Positions 40,130 through 55,859 of a stretch of DNA of 64,000 bases are shown piece by piece (the stretch's first letter is position 1; each line of letters opens with the position of its first letter). Origin of the DNA: Eledone cirrhosa (taxonomy: Eukaryota). The stretch is from positions 1,922,001 through 1,986,000 of the forward strand of contig OZ024741.1 in assembly GCA_964016885.1 (NCBI GenBank), given 5' to 3'. The notes below the pieces were generated by a model. That model was not told the origin of the DNA, ran no database searches, and was given only the letters and a program-made list of their open reading frames with translations. The position numbers and the translations under genes were made by a program.

Positions 40130-43100
40130 GTAATAATAATAAATTTGAAGACTAAAATCGTAAAAGGGCTCGATAAGGATTAATATATATCAAATATATA
40201 AGAACCGTAGAGCAAATATTTATTAAAATAACAGATTAAACTAACAAAGTCAATCTGTAAACGCAGAACTGGATATTTCAAAAAACGTTTGAACCGGAGG
40301 AAGACAGGAAGACGATACTTTGGTTCGTGGAAACGTTCCCTGGCAAAGAACGGGAAAAAACGAATATAATACGTCATTAATAGGAGCGGTGAAAAACAAT
40401 TACGCGCAAAGACAGTACCACGTTTATGGTATAAAAGAAGTCGTAGACTAGGTGGTTCATAGAGATGTTCTCTGGCAATGAACGGAAAAAACGAAGATAA
40501 TACGTCATATGTGGAGCGTGGAGAACAATTGCACGCAAAGACAAAACCACGTAAATGGTATAGCTGAAGTCGTAGACTAAAATTCTAACTAGGAAACCGA
40601 ATGAATCTCCGCTTCAGAGTTAAGAATAAAGTAAATAAAATACAATACTGAAGTAATAGAAATTAAATAAATACATACACGCATGCTAATACGTACATAC
40701 ACAAGCATACGCGAAAACACTTGCCACAGGTATACAAAACCACGCACATATAAATATGTGTGTGTGTGTGTGTGTGCGTGTATACAAATAAATAAATAAT
40801 TAAATAAACGTATATAAATAAATAAATACGTATATAACAAGCGCACACACATACCTACATGTAAATACACAAATGTTCGGAGACGTAAGACAACCAAAAC
40901 ATGAAGTACACATATACACACACCCTACATACGTACGAACCTGCATACTCACACAGACGCAAAATTCCCGTATACACATAACCAAACCATATGTACCAGA
41001 ATATATAAAAAAGTATACGCCATAACATATACAATCAAATATACATACGAGAAAGTATACGTACCTTCACAAAACATACAGGTAATATATACTTACCTAT
41101 GCAAATAAGTAATGGTATAAACAAAACATATACTTAGCTACCACATCAAGACGTAAAATATCCACGTATAGATTGTACTATCCGTTAGGGTATAACGTGG
41201 GACTGTAATTCAGGAAAGTTTTGTGCAATTCATGTTTACAAGCCGAAATTGCCTCAGATTTTTTGTTTAAGATGTGGTCTGTGGCGTAGAGTATTTCCAG
41301 GGCCTCAGCGGCGCAGAGGTCACATGGTCTTTTATTTCCGTTATACGATCTAGTCCTAGCTAGGATCTCCCAGTGTAACTTATATTGGGTGTGGTTGTCT
41401 TTTAGACTCCAGATATAAGCTGAAAGTGACGTCATATTCCTTCTTAGAGGGTAACGAAAAGAATGGGTATGCATGTAAAGAGGCTGCTTGAATCTATTGG
41501 CGGTTAACCCTATGTAGGCCCTACGGAACGTGGGTGTTTCAACCTTACATTTGTAGACAATGTTACTAGAGAGGCATTTCCCGGATAGGTGGCAATCAAC
41601 CCGATTCCTACAATTACAGTTAGTACTAACTACAGGGTTGCATGTGTTCCTACGGCTAGGTAGTTTAGCTAAATTTGAAGCTGTGATGTTATGTGCAAGG
41701 TTAGGAGTCGTAGAGTAAGAAATTTTAATAGTATTTCTATTAAAAATGTTACTATATTTATGTGTAAGGGGAAAATGCTTCGTAATAAGGGAAAGAAAGA
41801 TCTTAGCTAATGGTGTGGCCACCTCCATATTATATGGTGGGTTATACCAACAAATGCGACGGGATCTATTTCTTCTAGGTCTATTTTCGTACTCTGTATA
41901 TGCTACCTTATCGACAAATCCACTCCGAGCAAGAGCTTCATTGTAATAAGTGGAATTGTCGTTGAAAATATGCTCGTTAGTAGATAGACGGGAAAGCCTC
42001 AACGAAATGTTTCTTACCAGGTTCTTGGTTATGCTGCCAGGATGGTTGGAATGCTTACTTATGTAATTAAGTGTATCATTCGGCTTTCTATACGGGTAAT
42101 ACAACCCATTCGATAAATTGAGGGTAACGTCGAGGTAATTAACGACCGAGAGATTGGCCTCAACCTGTATAGAGAAGTTGAAGCCTTTAAAGAAGGCTGT
42201 GAGTTTTTTTCTGAACCTGTTGCAAGCACGAGGTCCGCACTTAGTCATGGTCAAAAGACCATCATCACGGTACAAACCACCGCCCGCGTTGGGGAATTCG
42301 TCCTTGATAGAGAAAAGAAGGAAAAGGCCGATAAGATCAGTAACCTCCGCAGAATCGCTGGCGCCCATACTCACGCCGAATGGGGTACTATTGGATTTTT
42401 AAATCCAAATAGAGTCGTCGAAATTAATCACCGACTTACGGGCATTGAGGATGACATCAACTTCGAAATCCTTAACCACTGTGAGTGTTTTAGCGAAATT
42501 GATAGCTCTAAGGAGAAGTGGTAAAGTGATGGAGGAGTAATAATTGTTGATGTCGAATTGGATAAAACGGCAATGTTCCTTGTTGCATATGCCGTTGAAC
42601 CAATCAATCACCGCGAAAGAATTGTTCCACAGTGCAAGAGGGGCCAAACTTCTAATTTCAGGTATAATTCTATCAAGAATCCTTTTACTAAGTCTACCTA
42701 AATCGAACTTCGTAGGGTTAATAAGCCGAATAGAGGGTTGTTCGGAAAATTGGATTTGTGATCCTTCAGGGTAAAGTGGGGAGAAATAGGGTCCAGAGGT
42801 TCGGTCCGGTCCAGGGTGTGGAGATCAGAGGTGATTTTAAACCCAGCATCGTTGATTTCATTGATGACGCACCGATTAGTTTTACGGTAATCCTTAGTTA
42901 CAGCATTATGTAGTAGTTGATGGTAAGTACTGCGCTCCACTTGATATAGGTTGCCAGTTTTGTCGGAAAGGACGTGTACGGCATTAGAATCGTTAATAGA
43001 ACGAATTCTATTCTTCAGGTCCTGCTGGAAGGAATTGCTCCTATTCCGAAATTTGATACTCCGTATGAGTTCCAAGACATCATTTTCGAAGGGTAGCAAT

Positions 43101-43360
43101 GCTGGGTTACACGGGGGGGTTATTATAGGTTTTAAACCCAAATTTATCCTGTTTGTTGTCTGCTTTTCGCGGATTATCTAAATAAAAGGCATGCCAACGC
43201 AACCTTTTAATGAACGCGTCTGTTTTCTGTATCAGGAGTTTTAGGTATGTTTTCCTGCTTGGTACGGGTATGTTTTTGTAGAAATATTCAGATGTTGTTT
43301 CTGCATGATGAATATAAGTCAATAGAGTGCTCAACCGAGGGAGCCAAATAGTAATAATAA
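40130..43360 (-). mobile_element. PLE 3, near full-length, in (TA)n
   Basis: Complete RT-EN reading with a few lesions; GTAATAATAA at both ends (40130 and 43351), consistent with a pLTR boundary. Confidence 0.9.
41178..43306 (-). pseudogene. PLE RT + GIY-YIG endonuclease (several frameshifts/stops)
   Basis: KNIPVPS, IKRLRWHAF, SDKTGNLY, LKDHK, FIQFDINNYYSSI, MGASDSAEVTDLIG, GGLYRDD, CNCRNRVDCHL, IVYKC..AYIGLT, CDLCAAE. Confidence 0.92.
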
Positions 43361-43371
43361 ATATATATATA

Positions 43372-43705
43372 TTATTAGAAAGTGTTTTTTTTTTTTACAA
43401 AATGAAAAATAACCGAGGTGTCCTACACGAGTGAAAGTATAAAGCAAAAAAGATGAAATCGAAAATGCAACTGGAGTCTTATTTTTTTTAAAATTATATA
43501 TATTTATTTGGTTCCTTTACCGGTTTCGCAGTTCTTCTGCTTTTCAAAAGTAGAGTTGAGATAGAGGGTCTGTGGTTTTTCTCACATCTCAACTCTACTT
43601 TTGAAAAGCAGAAGAACTGCGAAACCGGTAAAGGAACCAAATAAGTATATATATTTTAAAAAAAATAAGACTCCAGTTGCATTTTCGATTTCATCTTTTT
43701 TTCTA
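43372..43705. mobile_element. Family B pLTR fold-back with two U3-A8 HHRs (43514-43550 minus, 43598-43634 plus)
   Basis: Same sequence as the 34930-36178 arms; short hairpin junction at ~43560-43590. Confidence 0.8.
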
Positions 43706-43721
43706 TATATATATATATATA

Positions 43722-44965
43722 AATGGAAAAAATGAAACGAAATTTCATTTCCCACTCTTAGTACGGCTGTTACTTAAATATAAATATGTAGACGTACATA
43801 CATATATGTATACTGACGTACAGTAGTATGTATATATATATACATACATGCACACATATATATATGTACGTATGGATTCACCGAATATTTATTATAATGC
43901 TCGGTGTGTTTGTAAACAAACATCCCGTATTAAGCCGTAGTGTCCAGCAACCATCGTTGCTCGTTTGTTCAATACTGACAAAGGAACGCTGTACTAGTTT
44001 CAAGCTTATTAGCTATCGTCAGCAACGTATACCTTCCTGTCAGATTGTTGAACATATATACTTACCTTATGCATATTAATGGCTGAGTAGCCCAATTTGC
44101 ACATCAAGTGGGTTAATCGGCCGGGTGCACCGAAAACGATAAACGGAAAAAATGAAACGAAATTTCATTTCCCACTCTTAGTACGGCTGTTACTTAAATA
44201 TAAGTATATACACGTACATACACATATGTATACAGACGTACAGTAGTATGTATATATATATACATACATGCACATATATATATATATATGTACGTATGGA
44301 TTCACCGAACATTTATTATAATGCTCGGTGTGTTTGTAAACAAACATCCCGTATTAAGCCGTAGTGTCCAGCAACCATCGTTGCTCGTTTGTTCAACACT
44401 GACAAAGGAACTCTGTACTAGTTTCAAGCTTATTAGCTATCGTCAGCAACGTATACCTTCCTGCCAGATTGTTGAACATATATACTAACCTTATGCATAT
44501 TAACGGCTGAGTAGCCCAATTTGCATATCGCGTGGGTTAATCGGCCGGGTGCACCGAAAACGATAAACGGAAAAATGAAACGAAATTTAATTTCCCACTC
44601 TTAGTACGGCTGTTACTTAAATATAAGTATGTATACATACATACACATATGTATACAGACGTACAGTAGTATGTATATATATATATACATACATGCACAC
44701 ATATATATATGTACGTATGGATTCACCGAACATTTATTATAATGCTCGGTGTGTTTGTAAACAAACATCCCGTATTAAGCCGTAGTGTCCAGCAACCATC
44801 GTTGCTCGTTTGTTCAACACTGACAAAGGAACGCTGTACTAGTTTCAAGCTATCGTCAGCAACGTATACCTTCCTGCCAGATTGTTGAACGTATATACTT
44901 ACCTTATGCATATTAACGGCTGAGTAGCCCAATTTGCATATCGAGTGGGTTAATCGGCCGGGTAC
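43722..44965 (-). mobile_element. Family A ~420-bp tandem array (3 units), HHR per unit (43987-44027, 44411-44451, 44832-44864)
   Basis: Units at ~43731, 44151, 44574; minus strand cgttg CTGACGA..GAAA ctag TA cagcg; third HHR has an 8-nt stem II deletion. Confidence 0.87.
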
Positions 44966-44967
44966 AC

Positions 44968-44998
<31 letters not shown>

Positions 44999-45015
44999 GT
45001 GTGTGTGTGTGCGAG

Positions 45016-45055
<40 letters not shown>

Positions 45056-45110
45056 TAAACAAATAATGAATAAAACAATGAAACAGTTCCTTATATTAAA
45101 CAAAAAAAGT

Positions 45111-45263
45111 TCATTATTTAACGATCGTTTCTAGGATATATATGTGTTAGAATTGGCATGCACATTCAACAGATCTATGTACAAAATTATACAAAATTAT
45201 ACAAACTATCAAGGTTAAATATACATACCAAACACACATATATGCCGTCTTCAGAAATAATGA
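45111..45263 (-). ncRNA. Type-I hammerhead ribozyme with ~116-nt stem II
   Basis: tcattattt CTGAAGA [116 nt including an 18-bp helix ttggtatgtatatttaac/gttgaatgtgcatgccaa] GAAA cgatcg TT aaataatga; 9-bp stem I. Confidence 0.8.
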
Positions 45264-45859
45264 AATATATTTATTGATAATAACAACAATTCAAAATTTC
45301 AGGTCCGTTTGGGAACGGAGTTCAAATTGACCAATGAAAATACAAAAATTTTTTATGCAGTTTGGTGTGTGTATATACATGTAATTAACTTCGTACACAT
45401 ATTTATACAAAGATATATGCTCAACATGCATACGCATGCCAAAAAGATGTATGCAAATACAAAAATTCAAGGCTAATGTCTCTGTAAGCTTATAATCCAC
45501 AGATAAAATGCGTACAGACACATAAATATGAAATAAGTGTATACACACATTCACATACTCACACATATCCGTACACTCACACACACACGCGCGTATATGC
45601 ATAAACATACACATAATTACGAACATACATACACACACACACCCCCACACACTTATATATGTGGATATAATATTATCATAAGCACATGGATATTAATGCA
45701 CGCACATATACACTGCCACACACATTTAGATCAAGATACAGAAATTAGGTGGGAGGGGGGGGGGGAGGTCAGTATTCAACGGTTTCGGCAGACTGCTTAT
45801 TTATAGATGTATCTATAAACTTAGAAATAAAAGAAAAAGAAAAAAGAAAAAAGAAATAT

Positions 45860-47800
<1,941 letters not shown>

Positions 47801-48895
47801 CAAATACAGATAATAATAGTATGGGGGAAAGGGGGGGTGGAGAAGGGGATTATAGTGAATATATGTTTCAAGAAACATAGAATATTAATCTGTATTTGGA
47901 TCCCAATATATGTTTTTACATAGTTTCAGTGTTAGGAAATGCAAGAAATAAGGCAAAATTATGCATTTCAATATAAGTATACCATTAATTATAGGTTAAC
48001 TAAACCAAAGATAGTTAACATATTGATTTCTAAGGTGTAAATTAGTTATGTTTATAATATTTGAAGCAGAATTTTGAAGTTAAATAGTAGTAGAGTATTA
48101 ATTATAGTATAACTAAATTAAAATTATTAACGTTATGGTATCAATATTAGGAAATGAATTTAGTAATAGGGAAAAAACAAATAAAGTATTACATCGGTAG
48201 TAGAATATAAATTATAGGTTAACTAAATTAAAAATTATATATTAATTTCTATAGTATATGTTAATTAGGTATATAATAAACAAAACAGATATTGTATTTT
48301 ATCAATAGCAGAATATAATTATATGCAAACAGAAATCAAAATTAATACATATACATATACATATATATACATATATATATATACACATATATATACATAC
48401 ATACACATACACATACATACATACATATACATATTTTTTCAAAAATTGCAAAGAATATATTAACTAGGTATACATCCAAAACACATCCCATTCTATGATT
48501 ACATGACACTCTGCAATCCGTCTGTATTAGGATACTAATTTTAAGCCAATTAAATTAAATTTTTAGGTTGACTAAATTTAAAACCAAATTATAAATATAT
48601 TTCTAAAATGTATATTAATTAGGTCTATAATACTAAAAATTATTTCTCTGTCATTGAATACACGATATTTTGTTATATTTTATCTGTAAAGGAATTTTAA
48701 TAAAGGGTTAAATAAATTAAAATTAATCTATAAATTAAATTACTAAGTATATATTAGTAATATTTAAAGGTTTTTCACAATTTATGATTACACAATATTT
48801 TATATTCTCATCTGTAGTAGAATTTTAATTAAATTAAATTTATAGGTTAACTAACATTTAAATTAAATTATATATTAATTTCTAAAATAATGTTA

Positions 48896-50405
48896 TTAAT
48901 TAGGTTTATAATATTTAAATGTTTTTTTTAGTTTATGATTACACGATATAATTAATTCCTGTCGTTTATTTAATAGGATATCCTTAGATTTCATTATTTC
49001 AAATAGTTCTTGGGAACATAATCTACATTCATTTCTATTATTTTGATAAGGGGTGGCTCTTTTGAGCACACTCCAGGTCAAATCATATTCTATATTCTTA
49101 TTTTTATAACTATTGATTTTTTCTGCTAGAGATGTTGTATTAGCCAGTGCGGCATTTTTAAAACTATGCTTGTGGGTATTAAACCTTGTCTTAAAATTGT
49201 TAGAAGTAGCTCCTATATATGAGCAAATAGAATCTTTAGTTTTAACATTACATTTATAGACTATGTTGTTAACAAGACAATTCCCTTTTAATGGGCAGTT
49301 TGCTTTGTTTCTACAGTTACAACCTTTCGTTAATTCTGTATTTGAGGAGATATTATGGTTAGTTTGATGTATTGGTGGTATACTTATGGTTTTCTTACAT
49401 TTATATGCATTATAGGCACTTATATTTTGTTTTATGTTATTTGTTGTTGAGTATGAGAATTTAACTGTAGACCTATTTAAGATTTGATGGTATTTGTGGT
49501 TTGGCGGGAAGTTTTTCTCTAGGATATAAAAAAATTTTTTAGCAATATTATCCTTAATTTGTAAATTAAATGGAGCATTATACCAAGTAACCCGTCTATT
49601 ACGGTTTCTATGTTGTTTATTATTTTTATTATTTTTATAGGTTGTATCGTGATGTTTACTAGGAGGATTAATGTTAATGATCTCACCACAACCATTTTTA
49701 GTTATATTTGTAGATTTAGGTGTTTTATCCTTTTTATTAGGAGTTTTATTATTAATATTTATTAGAGTTGTATGATGAGTAGTTTTTTGAGAGTTACTAT
49801 ATTTTATATTAGAAGATTTGGTATTTTGGGGTATAGTGTGGGTGGCATTTAGGTGTGTACTTTTCATTTGGTGTTTGTTGGTAATATTAGGTTGTATGTT
49901 TTTAGTATTTTTAGTAGAAGGTATATATTCTAATCTATTTTTGTGGCCACTTCTATCTAGAGCTTCGTTATAGAAGGTCGCATTTTTATCAAATACATCT
50001 TGGTTAGAAGAAAGGTTAGAAATTCTAAGTGATATATTATATGCAAGGTTTTTAAGGATAGATTTAGGGTGATTAGATTGTGAGTGTATGTAATGTAAGT
50101 TTTGGTTTGGTTTATGGTAAGGTTGGTAGATACCCGTAGCTAAATCTAAAGTTATATCTAGGAAATTTACTACTTTACTTGTTTTTTCAAAAGTAATATG
50201 AAGATTATAATAGTCTTTAAGGAAAGTTCTAATATGTTTTTTGTTTTTTTCTATTTCTGAAAGGCTAAGGTTGTTAGAAAGAAGAAGACAGTCATCACGA
50301 TATAAACCACCTTTAAGGTGGGGAAAGGAGGCATTTATGTTGAAAAGGAGAAAGAGGCCCACAAGATCAGTAATTTGGGCGGAATCGCTTGAACCCATAG
50401 TAATA
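48896..50405 (-). pseudogene. PLE RT C-half + GIY-YIG, uninterrupted but 5'-truncated
   Basis: ITMGSSDSAQITDLVG, GGLYRDD, FLDITLDL, TWYNAPF, CNCRNKANCPL, IVYKC..SYIGAT, CRLCSQE. Confidence 0.9.
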
Positions 50406-50417
50406 TATATATATAAA

Positions 50418-50721
50418 CTTTTGTAGTTGTAAGGCCAAGACAATGCAGGTATGGATATAGAATATAAATGCAAATGCAAAAGATATTGTTGACAATTAGT
50501 CTTTTACCTTAAATTTATTTAAATATCCTTAATTTTCGAGATAATATCTCTTCTTCGGGGGGAAGTAAAGTGGTTAATCCAGTGTTCTAATTAGCATGGC
50601 AAGCTAATTAGAACACTGGATTAACCACTTTACTTCAACAATATCTTGTCAACAATATCTTTTGCATTTGCATTTATATTCTATATCCATACCTGCATTG
50701 TCTTGGCCTTACAACTACAAA
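50418..50721. repeat. Nested inverted repeats with a possible degenerate HHR (50526-50562 minus)
   Basis: 50418-50495 is inverted at 50646-50721; ~33-bp-stem hairpin at 50562-50636; minus strand ccCCGAAGA a-gagat-att-atctc GAAA at TA agga. Confidence 0.6.
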
Positions 50722-51000
50722 CGTTTATACCTCATTACACAATGCTTCAAGTGAAATACACGTTCCTCCATATATATATATATATATATATATATTTAGT
50801 TTCTGAATTTGTTTAGCAAGATTTTTTATCTGAAATCGTGTGTTGAAACAGATATTGTTATACTTTGGGAGGGTCATGTTGCCAATAAGAAACACACGCA
50901 CCAGTTGTTTCACTTCAATTTATTATATATTTATAAATTTATAAATTTATAAATTTCTGGTTGGTTGGTTGGTTCCACAACCAGATAGTTGTTTATATAT

Positions 51001-51045
51001 AGTCATAGTTCTTTCGTCACACACTCTGTGACCTCTTCAGTGACT
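51001..51045 (-). ncRNA. Type-I hammerhead ribozyme (PLE 5 pLTR)
   Basis: agtca CTGAAGA g-gtcaca-gagtg-tgtgac GAAA gaac TA tgact. Confidence 0.85.
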
Positions 51046-51253
51046 GGGGATTCCTTTCTTTGTTTCTGTGCCTCTCCTTTGTTCTGTCCTACGCCATTTT
51101 GTTTCTGTGTGTGTGTTGTGTGCTCAGTCTGCGCATGCGCCACATCCGGGTGTCTGTGTGTGTTTATGTTCATTTATTTATTTGTTTATTTATTTATTTA
51201 CATGTTACTGGTTGGTTGTTTGTTCTATGTCTGTGTGTGTTTTCATTTTGTCC

Positions 51254-52945
51254 TTAATTGTAAGTTGTGATGTTGCTGTTCCACTCATATTTTCTATTTA
51301 ATTTTGGTTGTAATTCTTTTATGTTTATTGCCTCTGTAATTTGTCTAAACATTGCGTCTTTTCTGTGTGTAGATTCTATTTTTATTTCTATGTTCTCTAA
51401 TTTACCCTTGTGTTCTATCTTAGCATGTTGGTAGAGTACAGATGATTCTTTATTATCTTGAAGGTCTCGCCAGTGTTCATTTATCCGTTCCCCTACACTA
51501 CGAGCTGTCTCACCTATGTACACTATATTTTTGTCTCTACATTGTCCTTCAGTACATCTTATGCTATACACTACATTTCTAGTTTTACAGTTAATATCGG
51601 GGCTTATTTTACAGGTTATACATTTCTTATCTATACATGAGGGTCTTTGAAAAGGGTATGTCTTGCTAATAAGTGTTTTTACGGAGATACCTGGTCTTTC
51701 TACTATCTTAATATTGAGTTTATGTTTATTTAGGGCCCTTCTAAATTTGTAAGCTAATTCACCTCTAGGGGTTGTATTGATGAACATTACACTCTGGTAT
51801 TTATTGCTATCATACCATGAGTTTATTCTATTAGCCTTGTTCCTAGTTCTTTCTATTCTATTCCAAAATTTGCTCCTATACAAGGGGCAGGTCCCATTTA
51901 TGTCATTATTTACCATTTTTTCCCATTTGGTTCTGGCTCCTCTATACACTCTGATTTTATCTCTCTGATTGTAGCCAGAGAACTGCATACGGTGGATCAA
52001 GTGTTGTATGTGTCTCTCTAGTTCTTCGGGGTTGCACATGCGGGACACATTTCTCATCACCCGTACCAAATCCGCAATCAGTATGTTGATTTTGGTATGG
52101 TCCGAAATGGCCGAGTTTCGGTGGATCAGATGTTTGGAAGTCATGGGTTTGGCATAATGGGAATGGAGGATTTGTTTTTTGTTGTTAATGGTATCTAACC
52201 AGAGCTCTGTGTCTAGTACAGGTAATCGATGGTTGGGGTGTTTACTTGGGTAGTCTATAGTAACTCTAATGCTCTGGTGGATGGAGTTTGCTATTTGCTG
52301 GATGCTTTCCATTGTGTTTTTCTCTAGTTCCTGACTGTTCTCTAGTGGGGGTGTCTTAACTACGATGTTTATATCATCTACGTAGCGGGAGTACATTATC
52401 AGGGTTAAGGGGTCTTCTAATTGTTCTTTAAGTTTAAGTTTAAGTCTACTGTCCCACCATACCATGAATAAGTTAGCTATGTCGCCTGCAATGCTAACAC
52501 CAATGGCTGCTCCTTCCTCTTGGGCATATGTTTTTCCATTAAATTTGAACATATGTTCCTTAATGGTTAGTTTTATGCTGGCCCCTACCGCATGTGCAAT
52601 CATTTTCTTCAGTTCATCGTGGTTTTCGGGTGTCCGTATGGCTCTGGTCCACCCGTTCCATCTATGTGTGTGGGTTTTCTTGGCCATTGAGGTAATGGTA
52701 GGTGGTCTGCCTCTTGCTGGTCTTGTAGGGCACAGGTTGCTAAGGTCATATGTGTCTAGGTAACTATTACTATAGATAAGCTTAAGTAGGAGTCCCAGCT
52801 CACTGGTATCAATCCCGCGGAACTCAACCTTGCTCTCACTGATCATTTCTACGCATTTCTCCACAGCAAAATCCACGTCAATAGATGGATACAGGGACAC
52901 AACATCCATACTGCCTATTATGCAGTTTGTTAGGTCCCCAGATCG
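51254..52945 (-). pseudogene. PLE RT + GIY-YIG, open frame but N-terminally truncated by the inverted pLTR
   Basis: SMDVVSLYPSI, QEEGAAIG, YSRYVDD, LPVLDT, HYAKPM, CKTRNVVYSIRC..VYIGETARSVGERINEH, RQITEAINI..LNRKYEW. Confidence 0.92.
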
Positions 52946-52979
52946 CAGGAGAGGCACAGAAACAAAGAAAGGAATCCCC

Positions 52980-53024
52980 AGTCACTGAAGAGGTCACAGA
53001 GTGTGTGACGAAAGAACTATGACT
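52980..53024 (+). ncRNA. Type-I hammerhead ribozyme (inverted copy)
   Basis: Same motif as 51001-51045 on the plus strand. Confidence 0.85.
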
Positions 53025-53250
53025 ATATATAAACAACTATCTGGTTGTGGAACCAACCAACCAACCAGAAATTTATAAATTTATAAATTTATAAATATAT
53101 AATAAATTGAAGTGAAAGCAACTCGTGCGTGTGTTTCTTATTGGCAACATGACCCTCCCAAATTATAACAATATATATATATATATATATATATACATAA
53201 ACAAGAAGTGTAAGTCAACAGGTTAAAATTAACTTCGTTTATCCATATTC

Positions 53251-53309
53251 GCTGTTATATATATTTCGGTGATAACCATTATTCAACAGCTATAACCTCA
53301 TCAGACAGC
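53251..53309 (-). ncRNA. Type-I hammerhead ribozyme in solo pLTR (~53200-53660), related to the 20746 family
   Basis: gctgt CTGATGA ggttatagct..tggttatcacc GAAA tatata TA acagc. Confidence 0.85.
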
Positions 53310-53660
53310 TAGAATTTGAACAGAAAACAAACAGAAAAACATAAAGATTGTATAAAGCTTACTTCTGTTATTTCTTTTTTTTTATATGCCGAGTGCTGAA
53401 TTTTGGTGTTCTTTCTCAAAGACTCGTGTCATATAAAAACAGTGTTTCACCGAGACTGCCCCAAACGTTTATAATTATATACAATTATCTAATATGTAGA
53501 CGTGTATATATAGATATATCTAATATGTAAACGTAGACGTGCCAGTAAATACGAATTTCACTGTAAACTGAAAAAAGTGATAAGCGCGTCTTTAATCGAT
53601 TTTCAGATCCTATTGGACTTTTATCAGAAACCGTCTATATCACCCCACCAACCACGAGGA

Positions 53661-53757
<97 letters not shown>

Positions 53758-54004
53758 ACCAATTTACTCTTAGTTTTATTCTGAAATAGACTAATTTGAA
53801 AATATAACTTCATCACACATTTCAGCTGCGAGCGTACTTCTTACTATATTTATCTTAATTAATTATCTACACGAGCGCTAATTATATGCAAATTAGTATA
53901 TCCATTTCAGAATACTACTAAGAGAGAATAGGTATATATAGCCATCAAATACATATTTCCCACCCTAGAGACTCTTGCGACCTACCGCCCTTAAAAATAA
54001 TGGT

Positions 54005-54217
54005 TTCTTATATAGGCACAAGGCCAGCAATTTTGGGGGAGGGGAAAGTCGATTAAATCGACTCCAGTACGTTACTGGTGCTTTAATTTATCGACCCCGT
54101 AAGCATGAAAGGCAAAGCTAACCTCGGCGGGATTTGAACTCAGATCGTAAAGGGCTGTAACTGTATGCTGCAAAGCATGGTGCCCGACCCTCTACCGATA
54201 CTGCCAATCCACCACCC
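54005..54217 (-). mobile_element. SINE, full length
   Basis: Reverse complement of the 108-327 family. Confidence 0.85.
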
Positions 54218-54739
54218 TTAAACATAATAAAAGAAATATAAGAAGTCTATCAATAAAAACTATATTGGAGGAAACATGGAGGATATATCTTTGTAACTTT
54301 TACTCTATAAATCTGTTCATTTCATTTAAAATAGATGCTACTGTGTGACATGGCTAGCTCTTTGAATTCCAAGAACTGTCCATTGGAATAGTTTCTATAC
54401 AGTCTACATTTATTTAGTTTCATTCACAAGTCTTTGGTCGGCTTGGCTCCATCGTAGAAAACACTTCATCAACCTGCTGCCCAGTTCAAACAAAAGCAAC
54501 TCAGATCCTTGTAATGACGAAGCAACCCTCCATTTATATGAATATTTTATATTTGTTGTTTATGGAAATAGCACGCAATAAATGAAATGTAATTTTCATA
54601 AAATATTAATGAGAAAGTAATTGAAATATTTTAGACAAAATTTCTAAGTCATTGTCTAACTTGTTCGACTATTTTTATAGTCAAAAGCCTGCTATCAATA
54701 CATAATTCACTCAACATGCCTTAATAAGGATTTCTGATT

Positions 54740-54890
54740 AAATTGACCCCAGTGCGTTACTGGTGCTACATTTTATTAACCCCGTAAGGATGAAAGGTGA
54801 AGCTAACCTCACCGGGATTTGAACTCAGAACGTAAAAGGCAGTAACTCTATGCTACACAGCATGTTGTCCGGCGCCCTACTGGTACTACC
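54740..54890 (-). mobile_element. SINE fragment
   Basis: Core and B-box on the minus strand. Confidence 0.75.
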
Positions 54891-55501
54891 ATAAAAATCT
54901 TTAAAACTGAAAACACTTCAGAACTCACTTTGCGGGGCTCGGGTTTTATGCATAGCCCTTGTCAAATTCATAGATATAACATAAGATCTCCACTTAACCA
55001 AGGGCCAAATTAGCACACCCTTTATACTACATATGATCGTTGATCTGTATCTATATTTCTCATCCTTTTTCTACCGATCCTCAATCCACTTACAATCTTC
55101 CCTAAATACACAATTTAATTATTATGTTATTCACGTCCATTCTAAAGTCGATTCAGTAAGAGTGACACTGCAATTACATCTTCAATGTTTCCACTTTCGA
55201 AACAATCTTATTATTTACCATCAAATCTTAGTTAAAACAAAATGTCTATATCTCACCACATAAATTGATGCCTTCCCTGGGGGACAAACCAAGAAAGACA
55301 GTTATTTTATGGTTTTGATGATATTGCTGTATTTTCCTGCTTTGCTTTTGTCTCAGTATGTTTACATGATTTTTTGAAAGCAGAAGAGGCAGAGTTCATG
55401 ACGTATTTCAATGTCTCGTGTTTGTTGAAAGGAAAAAAAAATATACACACACGCACATACGTACATACACGCACACGCACACACAAATATTCACACATAC
55501 A

Positions 55502-55558
<57 letters not shown>

Positions 55559-55699
55559 GTGTAAATCGAAATGGATGCAGTAAAAACCTGTTAAAACATT
55601 ACTCACCAGAGTACTCAATACTTGGTGTAGTAGAGTATGGTAATATGAAAGAGACGGGATCTCGAAGGCTGAGCTCTTTTCGTTTCAACAGCTAGTTCC

Positions 55700-55859
55700 A
55701 AAATCGACCGTAGTGCATTACTGGTACTTTTATCGAATCCGTAATTATGAATGGCAAAGCAAACCACGGCGGAATTTGAACTCAGAACGTAAAGGGCCGT
55801 AACTATATGACACAAAGCATGTTGTCCGGTGTTCTACCGGTACTGCTACTCCATTGCCC
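55700..55859 (-). mobile_element. SINE fragment
   Basis: Core and GGAATTTGAACTCAG (B-box reverse complement). Confidence 0.7.

Larger units (their letters stand above)
50856..53172 (-). mobile_element. PLE 5 (different clade, Poseidon/Neptune-like), 5'-truncated, with inverted pLTRs
   Basis: 50856-51078 is inverted at 52948-53172; both arms carry an HHR. Confidence 0.9.
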
